From Iphione sp. A-MEVVRFRX5 (taxonomy: Eukaryota), in the NCBI GenBank assembly GCA_976226885.1, contig OZ320318.1, positions 75,950,001 through 76,014,000 on the forward strand: a stretch of DNA of 64,000 bases, read 5' to 3'. Shown piece by piece: positions 1 through 13,775 of this stretch. The notes below the pieces were generated by a model, which saw only the letters and a program-made list of their open reading frames with translations, was not told the DNA's origin and ran no database searches. Numbering within the stretch: the first letter of the stretch is position 1; the number at the start of each line of letters is the position of its first letter. Both the position numbers and the translations under genes were made by a program.

Positions 1-308
1 AATATTTAAGTGAAATGACATGATCATAGCATATTACAGTACATTACAGCATGACTTTTGCATATATTTGCCACTTTTTCAGTGAAATGCTACAGTTTTT
101 ACTGCTATTCCTGTTAAATTTCCCAGTTTTCATACTTTTTCCTGTCAAATTCACTGGTTTTGCTACTGTTCCTGTCAATTATGCACTGCTCCGCAATACA
201 CCCCAAAAGACACCCCTCTGTGGGACCTTGCAGGAAAACTATCATGCAAGGCTATAGAGGAACAGTCCACCCAGACACTCCCACAGCCTCCCACATAGAA
301 ACCGGGGC
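1..308 (-). mobile_element. Partial PIF/Harbinger-like MITE (runs off the window edge), same family as the 27008-28902 cluster
   Basis: Ends in GAAACCGGGGC|TTA (298-311), like the cluster termini. Its reverse complement contains TTTCCTGCAAGGTCCCACAGAGGGGTGTC, similar to TTTCCCGCAGTCTCCCGCAGAGGGGTGTC near 28375. Confidence 0.6.
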
Positions 309-1056
309 TTATGCTTAGTACAGTGTATGTGGTTAGGGATACCACCTCCTCCTGGTTTAGTTACCTTGAAGTGCTCTATTAGGTCATGATTTGTGCTACC
401 TTCAGCTGGGTGCCTGGAATATATGGGCGCCAGGCATAGCAAAAATCTCCAAAACGCTTTATATAAGGAAGTGATTTCTTTCTGTCCCATGTCTGTCTGA
501 AATCCACAATGTCCGTATTGACCAGCTCTCACCGACCCCAGTTTAAGGCTTAACACCTATATCTGCAGTGTGTGGTCTGGTTTCATAACCATAACACCAT
601 GAAAAGTTGATGAAGTTTTTCATGCTTTCTTTTGGACGAATAGTATTGGAAACAGTGTGGATCCATTCATCACCCCTATATATAAACAGAGTTCCCACTG
701 GAAATACGAGTGCACGGCCATGAAAGTTGAAAATCTTTCCAATCCAAAAACAAGTTACATGCTGACACGCTATATGCTATCGCGTAACTACACATTTGAT
801 AATGTTTAACAACTGCACTTAATATATCAAGTGTTGATCTCTGTATGTAGATATAAAATAGTTGACTGGGGTCTACTATCTTCACAGCCAGAGGCAGACT
901 GGTTGTTAATGACCATGGTATTATATTTTATGTATGTCGTCATGTTAAAATAATTTATAAATTACCTACATACAAAAATAGAAGCAACAAGTTAAAATGT
1001 ATACAGCATCATTCCTTTTCAATACCGTGCTTGTATAAGTACTGAGTGTTAAACTA

Positions 1057-1225
1057 CGGTGGTCTCTCAATAACCAACACTTTGGTTCCTCAAGATTCCA
1101 TCGGATGTATGGGAAATATTGGTTTTGGAAGCTTTTTCATCTGGTTTTCCACGTTTGGTTTCCCCAGAGTGTGTTGGTGAAGCAGTAATGTCGGTTATAA
1201 AGTCATCGGATAAGGGGGACCACTG
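1057..1225. mobile_element. pogo/Tigger-type MITE (~170 bp)
   Basis: TA|CGGTGGTCTCTCAATAACC ... GGATAAGGGGGACCACTG|TA: imperfect TIRs with TA on both flanks. Confidence 0.55.
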
Positions 1226-4035
1226 TATACCAGACACTCACACAAACCAAGCACTCTATACCAACACTTCACAGTCCTAGATGTTGACCTTTAAGCACGT
1301 AAACTGGACAGTGCTGAGGAAAAGTGCTACAACACCTATGTGATGGACTTCTTGGACTAAGGGTCACGTGACAATAATGGTACGTGCAGATGAGGGACGC
1401 TGGTAGGTAATAATTGGGCTCAAATATGTGAAGAGAAGGCAGCATGGATGGTGATCCTGTGTCGGACTGTTATTCTGCTATCTGTATAACTAAGGAAACC
1501 ACTGAATAAAAACATGATGATACTTGACTGAAAAATACCAAAGTTAATGACTGCCTTGGGGCAGGTGCGAACTCTTAGCATTTACCACCTTGTCGAAGAA
1601 ATACACTTTTTTTGCCTCCTGCAAACACCCCATACTCTGAAGACAATCACCAAAGTCCCTCCTTTGTCTGCAGTAGTGAAGTTCCACTGTATTTACTATG
1701 AAATGAAAGTGTTTTCAAAAGAGTTCATCCATTCCCAAACCAGACATAAATTTTCCCTCTACTATACAAGCCTGAATTCCGATGATTACCCATACCCTGT
1801 GTTCCTATAATTCTATGAGTGTGTGAAGAACAGGTAATCGAAAACTGAAGTAACAAAATTGAGCATGCACAATGTCCAGGGAACTTGTTTACCTCTCGTT
1901 GCGATTATTTCCAACATAAATTGACACAAAACATTGACAACGTTTATACTAAATCTGATTTGTTACCAAATTTGCATGGAATAAAGACAGGGCCACCCTT
2001 ACTTTATACAGTGGGGATACATGCAAGGTTTGTTTCGTTGTACTGCACCCGACCTTCGGTCTCATGCAATACAAGGAAATGAATCTTCAAGCATGTATCA
2101 CCGCTGTGTGAAGGTGCTGTCTAAATACCAGTATCACACATATCATCTTTTTATGTTCTGTCATAGTATTTAGAGGCGTTGCCCCCATACCTGTATAAGA
2201 AGCACAGAAAAACGTTTGTGCCACTGCATGACTTAAATGTATAATTAAACTTCGGTCACTCATAATTTTTTAAACTTTAATTGCAATTATTTATACAAAA
2301 TGCATACGTTATGCGTTGGTACCTAGCTCTGTTGGCTCGGAAGCCAACAGGAAACCTTTTAGTTTAGTTATTGGTAATTAGCTACTTTGAATTGGAAAAT
2401 CGTATTTCTTTTTCGGACAATATCTATCCTCTCCCAAGTAAACTTCGAATCTAAAGGTTGACATTTACATATCACTGTGATAATTCAGGGTATTTTGTGG
2501 TAAACAGCAGTCAATGCAATCTCTTATGGTTAACATGAGCAAACAGAATCCTGTGTTATATAAGTGCGGAGAGTAGTGTCGGAGACCTGTCCCTTCCATT
2601 CCCTTGTGATATGATATGCCTATAAATATGTGTTTACAAGCGTAATTATAACAGTATTTATTTGGCTGTTTATTATTAACAGAACTAGTATTACGACGCT
2701 AGTAACATGCGGTCGTAATCATCTGAGTCCTATTTGAGGGTAAATACATGTACACTTAAACAATACAGTAAAGTACTGTATTTGTTCAAATTTAACCTTA
2801 ATAAAGAGGACGCCTTCAAATGAATTAATCACCAAGATGGGACATACGTTAGTATCTCTGTTCATCAATAATTATGGTAGTCTCATCACAAGCTATCTCA
2901 ATGGGAGGATGGCCCCTACCTCTTGAAATGATTCCCTGAAACTTTAGGTTATATGCTGTTACAAATGGTCTTTTTTTCTGTCTGCCTTTTTCGGAACTAG
3001 CCCTGAGGTGAGACGCTTCTGCTGAATACATTCATGAGGTAAAACACAGGCAGGTACCAGTGTTTAATGACCATTATCCGTGTTCAGTATTTAGTAAAAT
3101 ATTAAATTCATAGTGGCAACATGTACACACTGAAAGGCATTTGTTTTGGTTGTTTGGATTATACATACCTAGATTTGGTTTTATATTTTAGATCATTTGA
3201 ATGTAGACAGATTGTCATGTGAACCAGTTATCAGTAGATTGTCATCGTCCTTGGTGTCATTCGACCCGGTCCCTCCACGGAGGTCGGCGCACACTGTCAG
3301 GTTTCCTTCGTCGCGGTGGCGTGTATCGCTCGTCTCTTTTAATCTTGGCTTTCGCAGTCCAAGAATTAAGCAATGAAGAACAACAAAGCCTATAACACAT
3401 CGGAGACTTTTTAGTGTGTGTTCAATCTGCGAGAAGCGGGGGGAAAATGACTTCAATGTTAACATTATTCTTCACAAGGTCTCAACATGATGATACAGTT
3501 TAAAATATCAGCATTGAGAATAGCACAGCCAGTAGTCCTGATGAGATGAACGATCATATCATTTGTCGAGAAGTATAGTTTTACCCGGCCAACAAAGCCC
3601 AAACGCAATTAAAGACCGTTTCTCTACAAGGGAATAAATAAAAAATACAAGCCACAAATCCCACTTAATCCCATTCAGCACATTTCACATCAGGTGGTGG
3701 TAAGGTGCGTAAATCTGTGCTTACATATATCTATTAGGCCCATTAAAAATATGTATCTGTTTCCTGTAACCCAGCCGCCCATGATTTTGGTACCCATGAA
3801 ATATTTTATTTTATTATTGTTTTGCCAATATTTTGGTCATAATAACGTTGCAGACTCAAGCTGTACACCATTTTGTTGCTTAGGTCATAAGCCTTCATAT
3901 GATGTAAGTTTTGTAAAGATCTTAGCAGGGAAGTTGTATTGTCAGGCTAGAAAACATGCATTGGTCATTGATTTCAGTATGTTACCGGAAACACATGTAG
4001 GCCATTTTTCGGCTTCTATATACATGTACACACCC

Positions 4036-4079
4036 ATATAGATATAGATATATAGATATATATATATATATATATATAT
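4036..4079. repeat. (GATATA)/(TA)n microsatellite
   Basis: Seen directly. Confidence 0.9.
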
Positions 4080-4201
4080 TTACCAGGGTGGCGCAGTCTC
4101 TAGTTTGCTACAGTCTTCGGGAACCCTGGATGAGTGGGGCTACGGGAAAGCGATCCCACTCTCACTTCCCGAGTTTGCCTCAGACGCTTCAGCCGCAGGC
4201 C

Positions 4202-4214
4202 TATATAAAAGGGG
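4202..4214 (+). promoter_or_regulatory. TATA box of the SLC22 gene promoter
   Basis: TATATAAAAGGGG in a CpG-richer patch ~1 kb upstream of the ATG; CACGTG E-box just downstream. Confidence 0.6.
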
Positions 4215-4229
4215 GTGTTCACGTGCGCA

Positions 4230-4391
4230 CCAGCATATACGTACATGAACTACGTACGCATGTGGAATTGATCTGATCTGGAGAAGCTGTGTCAGAGACA
4301 CCTTTCACTCCATCGTATTTGGTGATGAACGGAGGCTCTTGAAGTACAAAGGCTTCATTCAAGAAGATTCTACGATCACAACAAAAGGACG
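4230..4391 (+). other. Probable non-coding first exon of the SLC22 gene (splices to acceptor at 5194)
   Basis: Starts ~25-30 nt after the TATA box and ends at CG|GTACGT (4391/4392). Acceptor TACAG|G at 5193/5194 lies 21 nt before the ATG. The start site is inferred. Confidence 0.45.
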
Positions 4392-4721
4392 GTACGTTTA
4401 CGAGGAAGGGACGAAAGGTATGAATATACATTGTAGTTTCGGGCAGGGCGTATAGGTATGGGAGTCTGGAACCGACCGCAGGTATACTCGTAGTTAACTT
4501 TTGCGAAGACCATTTACAACCCACACAAGTATACACGTATATGTATGCTATAAAATTGTCGATTTCTTATTTAAAATCCATCTTATGATGTTACAGTCGT
4601 TTAGATATTAAGCGAGTAATTCCTGGACCGCCAAAGTGATAAGTATCTCGAGCATTTTATATACGGAGGCAAACCTGTATCCGGGCGCCTGGTATAAACT
4701 GTAGGCAGATCTTCTCATGCA

Positions 4722-5074
4722 CGGGCCCGTATATCCAAGGGGGTATCAGGGGTATCGTCCGATGCCCCTCATAAACGCCAGGAATTCCACTTTTCTAGGC
4801 CTATAGCCAAGGGTATATCATGAGAAAGAGGGAGGGAGGGAGAGAGAGGAAGGAAGAGATATTGGGAATATAGAAATGATTCTGATGGTAGTGAAAGTAT
4901 AATTAACACATTTGCATGCAAATGTAGGCCTACATGGATTTGCCAGCAGGTGAAATATTTTATGGAGTGAGTGATCTCTAACCTCTCTATAACCAGGAGT
5001 TCCACCTCTCTAGCTAAGAATTCCACCTCTCTAATTTGAGATATCCCCAACAAGACTTCCTGGCTACGGGCCTG
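4722..5074. mobile_element. MITE with CAGGCCCGTAGCCA-type TIRs (copy 1, degenerate left end)
   Basis: ATGCA|CGGGCCCGTA ... TGGCTACGGGCCTG|ATGCA gives a 5-bp direct repeat. Internal GGGGTATC motifs are shared with the copies at 22269 and 23399. Confidence 0.65.
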
Positions 5075-5214
5075 ATGCAAAATGAGATAATTTTGTGCAG
5101 CGTAAAACAGAAGGTTCCCCGGTCTCACCATTTGCAAATGCATACCATGAGCTAACCGATGTTTACATGCCAACAAATCTATTATCAGTACAGGTCGGCT
5201 TCAGTTCAGAGAAG

Positions 5215-5595
5215 ATGGAACCGTATAGTTATGATGAAATCCTTACTCGATACATAGGGACTTTCGGTCTCTACCACATTGGCATGGTCTTCCTGGTGTC
5301 GTTGGACTGTATCACCTATGCCTTTTATACAATGATGCCTGTGTTCATTGCAAACACTCCGCCTCACGTGTGTGAACACCTTCCTGGAAACTGTAGTCTA
5401 GAGGACGTTATGTCGTGGGAAACCTGCTCAGAGACTAACGGTTGCGGGAGATGCCTCGTACCCGACCTCAACTTCACTCACCTCACCAACTGCTCCTTTG
5501 CACCCAGTTTCCTCCCCACTGGTGATGCGAACTACCAACGATGTGAGTCTTGGACGTATGAGGAAACCTTCTACTCCGACACTGCCGTCAAGGAG
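5215..5595 (+). CDS. SLC22 coding exon 1 (MEPYSYDEIL...SDTAVKE)
   Basis: ATG at 5215; TM1 plus Cys/N-glycosylation loop; donor GAG|GTGGGT. Confidence 0.9.
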
Positions 5596-8500
5596 GTGGG
5601 TTTCAAAGGAACTTACTGGGCTGCCCACACACCAACCTACCTGGTTCATTTCCTCTTCAACCTTTTGGAGAACCATACATGTCTCAGGGAAGTTCCTGCA
5701 AAATTATCACGAAGTCAGCAGAATCTGCCAGACAGATACATTCGGACACATTTGTTAATGTATCTCCCTTGAATCCCCCCCAAAAAAACTGATTCTAAAT
5801 TTATGCATAAAATAGAAAAAAAGTGGATATGCACATAAGAATACATACACCCTCAATGATGATAGCTGCACAACAAAAGCCCAGGCGCTATCTCCTAAAC
5901 CCCCTGGGGTGACCACCTCGGGGACTTGAGGAATATGGTTGCCTCTGAAAGGGGGTTATCCCTGGTGATGGCCCTTCCCCTCTCCCTCTCTGTCTCTCTC
6001 TGATGGGCAAGTACCAAATACTACCCCCCACCCCCATCCTTAATCAGCCAGCAGTGCTTTGAGCATGGACATCTAAGTGCTCACATTAACACCTCTGATC
6101 ACATGCTAGAGCTATCAGCTTCAACCCCCGCCCCCCTCAACCACTACCACCCCCCCCCCCCCATCCAGCCTCTTGTCAGCCAACAGAGCGTTGAGCCTAG
6201 TCAATTGAGATTTGGTCAACCCCGTGAGTGAAAAGTGGTTATTTGGTTCTTTTGAGAATTAGCTGCCCTGATTGGATGCTCAGCCCTGTGAGTGAGTAAT
6301 TTATCGGAAAAGTACTCGCAAAAGTCCCATTCTGACCATAATCAGTCTCTCCGAATAGGTGGTTTACCCAGCGATTGGTCATTACCTGAGGTTCAACTGT
6401 ATTTACACAACATTCTCCTTTAAATTTGGACTCTTGTGATGGACTTTTTTTGAAGATAACAGCTACAAACGCAAAGAAGACCACAACATTTTATTTGTCT
6501 TCATATTATTATTTTGAAGTCACTGAGCTATGAAACACCGCTAATGGTGAGGGATCCTTGATTGTATTGGTCAGCTTGTAAAGCTTGTTGTAAAGCAATC
6601 TCCACATTTCTTAGAATGATTTCTATGAGCATGTACCCTGTGCCTATTTTCTCCAGTGGAACCTGGTATGTGACCGGAATAGTGAAGCAAGCAGCATCAG
6701 TGGATCCTACATGCTCGGCCGATTCGTAGCATGTCTCCTCTTTGGATCTCTTTCAGATATGTGAGTACTTCTTGAAAGGTACCCAATCTGTGAGTTCATT
6801 AAAAAATGATCGTTTTTTTCAGTGAATGTGTAGATTGTGATGTTCACTCTTTTCAACTTGTGCACATGAAGGATTTAAATTTCTACAATTTAGATTGTTA
6901 CTACCATTCACAGCGATGCCCTTAACGGTCAGATTAGGTGGGCGACTATACCTGTCAATTCTCCACAGCTTCAACCTAGAAAATCAATGATTCCCTTCTG
7001 CCTTCATCATTGTTTTAAATACTTCGTTAGTACCAACCTGATTTTGATTACAAATTGAGCTGAGGATGGCTTATGGTTTTTAAATGTTCCACGGCAATTA
7101 AACATACATTGTTTTAGTATAAGCAAGGATTTGTACTTACAACACAAAATCTGTAGGCGTGCAGAAATGGTGTTGAAAGATAGTAGTTTTATAAGGAATA
7201 TTATCTAAATTTTAAAAAAAACTATAATTGCAAGCAGTTCTAATGGGAAAAAGTTCACTTTTACACCAAAGTTGGTAGAGTAGTGGGAGTTTCTTAAATG
7301 AAATTTCTCTCACTACTGACATTTGTGATGACCCAATGCAAAGTAAAGAACTCTAGCAATGGTATAGTGTCTGTCCATGCCTTCTTCTGTGTGGCTATAT
7401 GTCAAAACTTTATCTTATATCAGAATGAAAAAAGTACCTCTATAATGTTGCTTGTGGTTACCTTAGTTTGGTCAAGCTAAGAACAGCCACATTCTAGGTA
7501 ATGTCCGCAGTTCTGTCCGTCTGCATCTTGTATTGTCATTAACCTCTTAGGAAGTAAACTTTTAGTATAACAAGTTTCATTTCATAATTTCATTCGTCCA
7601 TAAATTAAAAAAATAAAAAATGGAGAATTATTCATAAATTTTAGAATTGTTAAATCCAGTATTAGTGGTTGGAGACGGTGTCCTTGTACTCTGTAGCGTG
7701 GACGCATAGGGTTTTTATAACTTTTAGCTGTGTGTACCAAGCTGTCATACTGCTGATGATGCGCTCAAGATAAATTCAGGTAGCTTGAGAATAAGAAGAT
7801 TTAATTCCATGCCCGGCGCATGTATCCCATCCCCTTATCTTGCAGAACCTGACCTTTGACCCCTAGGTAAGAGTTTGCTTTTACCCTACAGGTATGACCT
7901 TATGCGCCTATTTCATTTACAGATTTGGCCGTAGGAAGGTTATGCTGTGTTCAACGGTGCTGACGTTCGCCTGTGCTCTAATTGGGGCCTTCGTCACCAA
8001 CTTCCACGCATTTCTCTTTCTACGGTTCATGCTTGCAGTTGCTGATATGATCCGGTCCAGTAATGGCTTCGTGATGGGTACGTTTCCCTTGATAGAATAA
8101 GTTACCATTGATACCATGCATGAAGTATTTCCAGTTATATTCTGCAGCGCTTTCTTTGCTATATTTCTATCACTATGAATAGATTATTTCTCTCCTTTTT
8201 CATTAATACACCTCTGCTTGCTGCACAACCCCGTAGGGGTTTGCCCTCCCATAATGCTACTAGAGACGATGACTAAAACTGTGCTACGACATAATGACTA
8301 AATATAGTCATCTAGTCCCATTCAGAGCCACTTTTGCGGCTACACCCCTTTTGGAAGCAGTTCTGAACAACTGATGGATGGTCCTGTAGTATCCCTAAAT
8401 GCATTGCTTTTATTAGTATATAATATTTTCAGGTTCTGTCTGTCACATAGATTTTGTATTTAGTCATAAGTTTCCATTATGGAGTGATTCAGAAAAAAAT

Positions 8501-11500
8501 ATGACTTTTAGTCTTATGTGTGGTGTATATGCAGTCTGCAGATACCTCTGCCTCCAGTATGTATAGTATGGACAGGTAGGTAGAGTAGTGGCTTCGACTT
8601 GAGTGTCTCATCCAGTGCTAGTTTTTGTTAGGAATTGTGGACTACTTTTTGAATTTTGGTAGGTTGTATACAGAGTGTTGATTGTGATATATTTTTTAAT
8701 ATGTGAGGGTTCAGTGGCATGCTCTCAAAGGCTGAATATGCTCTTTTGACACGCTGATGGTCATGTGTCCTGGGGGTTGACTGCGATGTGGTAGGACCAT
8801 CGGCATTTATCAGAGATTCAGCCATCACAGACCTTTTGAGGATACTGTTGTGAGACCTGTGTAATATGCGAGTAAATGACCATATATTTTCCAATCTTCC
8901 TGGTTAGTCAAATGTGTTAAATCTCTTTAGGATAACAGTTTTGAGTCAATGTAGTCACCTCTATTCATATATTTCACAGTTCAAGTTCAACTTTTTGAAT
9001 TTTGGTAGGTTGTATACAGAGTGTTGATTGTGATATATTTTATAATATTTGAGGGTTCAGCGGCATGCCCTCAAAGGCTGAATATGCTCTTTTGACACAC
9101 GCTGATGGTCATGTGTCCTGGGGGTTGACTGGGATGTGGTAGGACCATGCGGCATTTATCAGAGATTCAGCCATCACAGACCTTTTGAGGATACTGTTGT
9201 GAGACCTGTGTAATTCGCAAGTAAATGACCAAATATTTTCCAATCTTCCTGTTTATTAAAATGTGTTGATTTTCTTTAGGATAATGGTTTTAAGTCAGTG
9301 GAGTCACCTCCATTCATATGTTTCACAGTTCAAGTGGTAGATACTAAATAGGTTGGCTTTTAAGAAAATTCACTAGTGAGATCTTAATAGATGTATCACT
9401 TAATCTGTGTGGGACAAGTTTTAAAATGGGACGCAACAATTGTTCCTGTGTTCTACAGTATATCATGCTTGTGGTTACTGAAGCATTTCTTTAGTGTCAG
9501 TTGTTTCTGGCCCACATTGAATGCCACATACTTGTACATGTGATCGCCTATATAAGTTTTTTTTTCTGCAGCAATTGGCATGACTGTGTGTTTGTCTGTG
9601 TTATGTGACTTTTGATGGTGCTGAATCAGCTAGGTCTTGGGCAGTAAATACAATTTAGTGAAGTATTTCCTGGATGAGACTTGATACCAGTCAGTTTTGG
9701 GCATTCTTTGCATTCTAATGCATTGGATTAACAAGGAGGATTGGGAAATATTTGGTCGTTTGCTCCATAATACTGCCAGGAAAACAAGGATCACTGATGC
9801 CGTCAAAGGCAATGAAAATGTGTACTAATTGTGGCTTATGTGTTCTATGATGGATTACCTGCATGAAAGTTGCCATATATAATATCCCATGCCTGACTCA
9901 TGTCAGTGAGTATGAACGTTTTTATATTTTATGGAATATATCACATGGGGGTCCACTTGCCAGAAATGATGTTTGATGACCTGATATCATGAACACATGA
10001 TTAAGTATTCACATGTATTTGTTATTAGATATGGTTCAGTTGATTGACATAACTTTAACAATAACCCATACCATATTTCATACACATACCTAATTATATC
10101 TGAATCAAACATCAGTTCACTATGTTGCAAGAAACATTCTTTTCAGAAACATACTATTCAATCCAGCCTTTCATCTGTGTAGTGTAATGTGAGAATGTTG
10201 AATATACCTCCATATTTTTGTCAATTTCATCTCTATGTCTTTGCATTATATTCCTCTAACTCCATGTCAGATATGTAACATAGTCATGGAATTAACTGTG
10301 TTTTAATTCCCCCATCAGTGTACTGTCACGTGGCCACTTCCATCACAACATGACAGTCATATTTTCACTATAGTCATGTACAATATTCAAAATTGCAAAA
10401 AAAATGTTTCTAGTCACAGTATCAGTGTACTACACATTTCCATATACTTTGAAAATAAATATAGATGCCGAATAGGAAAAAAGTACAGACAAGATGTGGC
10501 CCAAGCAGAAGCAACCTCTGCTAGAAGATGTCACAGCGGTCACTACATACTTACCTCAGTTTTTCATATTCATATTCATATTTCATTTTCGCAGTCTAAC
10601 CAATTTGTTTTGGACTGAAACAAAATTTATTCCTGTCAGCCCAACCATTTACATATGGGGCCTTTACCAAACTGAGACGCCAGAATTACTTTTTGTAAAA
10701 GTATTGGAAAGGGCTGTCTTTATGTATAGGTTAAAATGTATATTTGACATTAAGAAACCATGATATCGCCCATCTCTAACTCTAACCTCCTTAATTTAGT
10801 TTTTAGTAGGGTTAATTTTGTGTGGTAGAAACGTGGTAAGGTGTTTGCCACACCAGCTAGTATTAAAAAAGTAGTTATTGGTTTGTGTGTAGTCACGAAG
10901 GACCAGACAGCTGTGAGACATCACTGCTGCTACAGGCCACTGTTATACTTGAATTTCTTAATTAAAAATATTACGAATGATCATGCAAAAATATATACGT
11001 GTAGTTATCATGCAAAAGTGATTCTTTAGGAGATTTGCTGGAAAACATAAAATAAATCAAGCATTGTACTCTCTTGCCAAAACAGTTACTCTTCTTGTTG
11101 GATTTCAATGAATTCAATATTGACCCTCAAAGATAAGTTCAGAAAAGAAAACCAACCTTAACAGAATTTTTCAAAAGGTCCCTTGTTATTGCCTCTCTCT
11201 TGACTAAATTTCCTGCAGAATCTGCAACATAAGGTACGTAGGAGGACCTGAAATCATGATCTTTCTCGATTTTTAGCGCAAGTTGTTGTAATAAAACCCC
11301 TCACTTGCTAAGCTCCATGCTCTCCATACTATGGATTTCACTGTTGACAGGTATGCGACCTAGTGAGAGTGCAAGGTATAGATGCCAGGGTGTATAAATA
11401 GACATATATATACGAATATATCTGCACTCTGAGGCCAGTATCTGGGGAGTTCGGGGTATTTGGAGGGTTTGTCCGAACCCCACAAAGAGTCCAAATAGAT

Positions 11501-13714
11501 ATCAGTAGCCTGCAGTCTACTAAGTAATCGGGAACCTTTCGTGTCCTTCTATGTTACATGTACCCATATCTCCGCTAGTCAATCGTAAAGAAAAAATAAT
11601 GACAGAATACAAGCAGGACCCTTTGTGTTACGCAGTAATTCCAGTGAGGTCTACCTGGTGGAGTCACTCTAACATACCCGATTTATTCTTAGCACACGAA
11701 TGTCATACCCGAGAGGTTTGAGTAACCCAGTACGACTCAAACAATACACGGACGCTAGTGCCCACCCTCTGTTTATTATCGCCGTCTTCTGTGTCCTAAC
11801 AGGTGTAGAGTTCTTCCACATATCTAAGCGGGTCTTCTTCACTGGGACCTGGGCCTTGGTGTGGGTGGCAGGCAACGTCCTATTAATCGTTGTGGCCTAC
11901 TTGATCCGAGACTGGCGCCATCTTCAGATCGCCAGCACAATGCCTGAAATTCTTTTCTTCTTCTTGTATTTCTGGTAAGAATTCATCTTTCGTCATACTT
12001 CATCAGCAATAAGTGAAGGGTAGTGTCATGATCTTGTTGAAATAAACAAACAACACCTGCAGCTCTTACTCCTGAATACCGGCAAACATTTATTGCGTCG
12101 GTGCAAATTTCCCCTGCATGAAAGGTCCATAATACAAATGTGTTCTAAATTGACTTTAGATCATATTCAGAATATGCTGAAGTTACGTGGGCTTGAATTT
12201 GGGTCAGGGGATCCAAACCCCTGGGTCGTGACCGAAACATGGGATATAATGTCATTTTGAGTCGGTGATCTGTTGGCTGATAATCTGATTTAATTTCACA
12301 TAGGTACATTTTCTTTTGTGACCTGTACTAAGTTCAGCTAAGCATGGATCGCCAGGCCAGCTGTGACTATAATTTTGGATTACAGCTGAAACAAAAACTT
12401 AAGAAACCCTAGACAAGGTCAAGCAAATATAATTTTTCATAAACAGTGCCATCCTTTACTTTTTCCCTCTAGTTAAAAAAGGGAGCTTTTATATCTACCA
12501 TAACTACCAGAAAGCTATATTTAATCTAAGCTATATGTGTCTGAAAACTAGATTTATTTCAATATCCCCAATATTCCCTCAAAAGTAGATTGAGATCAAT
12601 ATCTGCCATAAATGCCTAAAGAATAATTTTTTTGAATATTCCTAATATTCGCCCAAAATCTAGATTTATTTTCACTTCTGCTTTATCTGCCTGAATGCCA
12701 AACTCATTTTCATACTACTCATAATTGCCTGAAAACTAGATTTATTTCGATATCCTACCTAGTTTCCTACCTGAGTCTCCAAGATGGCTGCTGCTACGAA
12801 AACGCCACAGAGAAGCACGAGCTGTAATTGAGCGCATGGCGAAAATTAATAAAAGAAAACTTCCCGAAGGATGGGACGTGAAGATTGACGAGGTATGAGA
12901 GTTTATTTCATAGAAATAAGACATGCATTGTATTTTTCAAACCCAAATTCGTCGAAAAGTATAATTATTTTAAAAAGATCTGTGTGGTATTTCTTTTGTG
13001 CAGACCCAGAAAGATAATTCACAAACAGTCTTAACCATACACACATATATGCATGTAGGCCTATATATATACATTCACACACAGAATTGTGAAATCTACA
13101 TGTCTAGGGGCTCTATACTTTGACTGTTTAAATCCCTGCGCAATAAAGGGTAATTGAAGGCAACGGTGGTACATCGAGGAGAAGACTTTGATCCCTATAG
13201 TGGAGATCTGTGTTGAGACCAATAAAGCGGCAGGAACTCACGCATAAACCTGTACAGAATAGACTTTTGATTAGCCGAGCAACTAATGGTAATTTTGCGG
13301 CAAATAAGGTGGTTCAAGTGGTGAGAGGTTGATCCTCACAATGGAGTGCTGTAACGAATTGCTACATACCGTCAGGACGACGATTTTTTTTCATATTTTG
13401 AGACGTCATAATGGAGAATCCACCGATCGGAGTGCAGTTTCTCAAGACATTATCTGAGGAAACGGTAAACACAAGTGTAGCAACGGTGTGGGAACCACTT
13501 CGGTGATCCCTTCATTGATTGCCGAGAACTCGGAACAGATTCTGACTATGAAGACTGCAAGGAGTGATCCAACTAATTTAACTGTCTGCCCATAAACCAA
13601 AACGGCAGTAAGTTCTGTATACGTAGGTTTGTATCCAGGGCTTCAGGGTTGGGGGGGGGGGTCTTTTCAAAACCAAATAGAACTCCCTTTGAAGACGGGT
13701 AGGCCTACCTCTTC

Positions 13715-13775
<61 letters not shown>

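Noticed and set aside
242-556. 104-aa minus ORF with a possible 132-nt exon (496-365)
   Set aside because: Weak acceptor, no recognisable homology, and part of it overlaps a MITE end.
3169-3465. 90-aa minus ORF / exon-like segment divergent from SLC22
   Set aside because: It has a plausible acceptor but no recognisable protein and an in-frame stop before the donor. At most a UTR or lncRNA exon, and unsupported.
5095-5214. N-terminal extension of the 225-aa ORF from a GTG start
   Set aside because: It lies upstream of a splice acceptor (5193). SLC22 similarity begins at ATG 5215, and the ORF tail after 5595 is intron read-through.
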